A DNA stretch of 16,163 bases from an uncultured bacterium (GTDB lineage Bacteria > Edwardsbacteria > AC1 > EtOH8): the NCBI GenBank assembly GCA_963780225.1, contig CAWAAX010000019.1, positions 1 through 16,163 of the forward strand, read 5' to 3'. Position 1 is the stretch's first letter. Every line of letters starts with the position of its first letter. Under the pieces are notes generated by a model. That model saw only the letters and a list, made by a program, of their open reading frames with translations, was not told the origin of the DNA and did no database searches. The position numbers and the translations under genes were made by a program. This document shows, piece after piece, positions 15,200 to 16,163 of the stretch.

Positions 15200-15829
15200 A
15201 TGTTAAAAACACCGCGGTCAGCATTGATGCTGTTAGGTCTCTTAGCTTTAGTTGTTATTCACAGCCCGGCCGGGGCTCAGGAAAAATTCAATTACAACGA
15301 CGAAGAGGGCCCTGGGTTCAATTCCGGAACCCGTTTGATTCTGGGATACGCCGCCAACATTCCTAACCAATATGTGGGATTTAACCTGGGTTTTACCCGC
15401 CCCAGAACCTGGGGAATTTTTCTGGACTTCAAAATGAACACCGCCTCTCTGGAGATTGCACCCTACTTGTACGACGACCTGTCGGTGTACGATGAAGAGC
15501 AAACTATACGCAGTCTCTCGGATACTTTTATAGGCGTTCGGGATTCATGGATATCCGTGAATACCGGGATCACCCGCCCATTGAATGACAGGTTTTGTTC
15601 CTACCTGGGCCTGGGCGTCTCGTTTCATCGCGTTTACCGGCAATACTATGAAATCTACGGAAGCATGGGAGATAACGGTTATTTTTGGATAAACGACGAC
15701 GCCAATTCCACCGTAAATCTTAATGTTACTGGCGGCGTTTACTATAAACTTGGGCGCTATTTTTATCTGCAACTTGGCGGGGATCTCCGTCCCCTTGGTC
15801 TGGTGGCCGGCCTGGGCCTGGGCCTTTGA
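15200..15829 (+). CDS. Putative outer-membrane beta-barrel protein
   Basis: Signal peptide ending AGA-Q; alternating aromatic/Gly beta strands (YVGFNLGF, SYLGLGVSF, NVTGGVYY, VAGLGLGL). Confidence 0.7.
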   Translation: MLKTPRSALMLLGLLALVVIHSPAGAQEKFNYNDEEGPGFNSGTRLILGYAANIPNQYVGFNLGFTRPRTWGIFLDFKMNTASLEIAPYLYDDLSVYDEEQTIRSLSDTFIGVRDSWISVNTGITRPLNDRFCSYLGLGVSFHRVYRQYYEIYGSMGDNGYFWINDDANSTVNLNVTGGVYYKLGRYFYLQLGGDLRPLGLVAGLGLGL

Positions 15830-15915
15830 TGTTCGGCCCAAAATAGGTTTGCCTTCTGTATGATCAATAGGCTACATAAGGAAATATTCTATGATAATTT
15901 TAACAAGGATTTGAT

Positions 15916-16163
15916 ATGAAACTTCGGGTATTGGGGGCCTCCGGCTCCAAACTGCCCGGCTTTGGCCTGACCAGCTTTTTGCTGGACAAAACAGTTTTGA
16001 TAGACACCGGGGCTGCCGCATCCAGTCTTAGCTTTGAGGAACAAAAGAAGATCGAGACGGTTTTTCTGTCCCATCTTCACATAGACCACAGCCTGGGGCT
16101 GCTGCTGATGGCCGACAACCTGGCAGGATGCTCCCAAAAACCCGTCAGCATCGCCAGCCTCCC
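15916..16163 (+). CDS. MBL-fold metallohydrolase (class II cAMP phosphodiesterase / RNase Z-like), 3' truncated by window
   Basis: Not in the supplied ORF track. AAGGA SD, then MKLRVLGASGS...LTSFLLD...LIDTG...VFLSHLHIDH (HxHxDH). Confidence 0.88.
   Translation, partial: MKLRVLGASGSKLPGFGLTSFLLDKTVLIDTGAAASSLSFEEQKKIETVFLSHLHIDHSLGLLLMADNLAGCSQKPVSIASL

Overview
GC-rich chromosome segment of a diderm bacterium (lpxA, lipoprotein and beta-barrel genes are present). Genes in order: partial lpxA, AMP nucleosidase, nfeD, PD40/WD40 beta-propeller protein, stomatin/SPFH protein, a small basic protein plus nucleotidyltransferase-fold pair, alkyltransferase-like protein (ATL), helical lipoprotein, a chlI/chlD-type AAA+/VWA chelatase gene (minus strand), REC-DUF4388 response regulator (minus strand), radC, crtI-family desaturase, DUF4342 protein, AT-rich TPR protein, DUF523-DUF1722 (RudS-like) protein, outer-membrane beta-barrel, and a partial MBL-fold hydrolase. 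Four things stand out. (1) Two separate AT-richer cargo units of about 1.2 kb, with no integrase or transposase, are each flanked by long direct repeats of a host gene end (nfeD 3' end plus RBS; atl 5' end), and the repeat copies differ largely by synonymous or conservative changes. (2) One cargo is a TA/defence-like pair behind a perfect sigma70 promoter overlapped by four operator boxes. (3) The chlD-like gene is split by an A9 run with a -1 frame change and appears to be on a leaderless mRNA. (4) The intergenic spaces contain many REP-like or structured elements, including a ~200-nt nested stem-loop. All family assignments come from motif recognition by eye, not from database searches.
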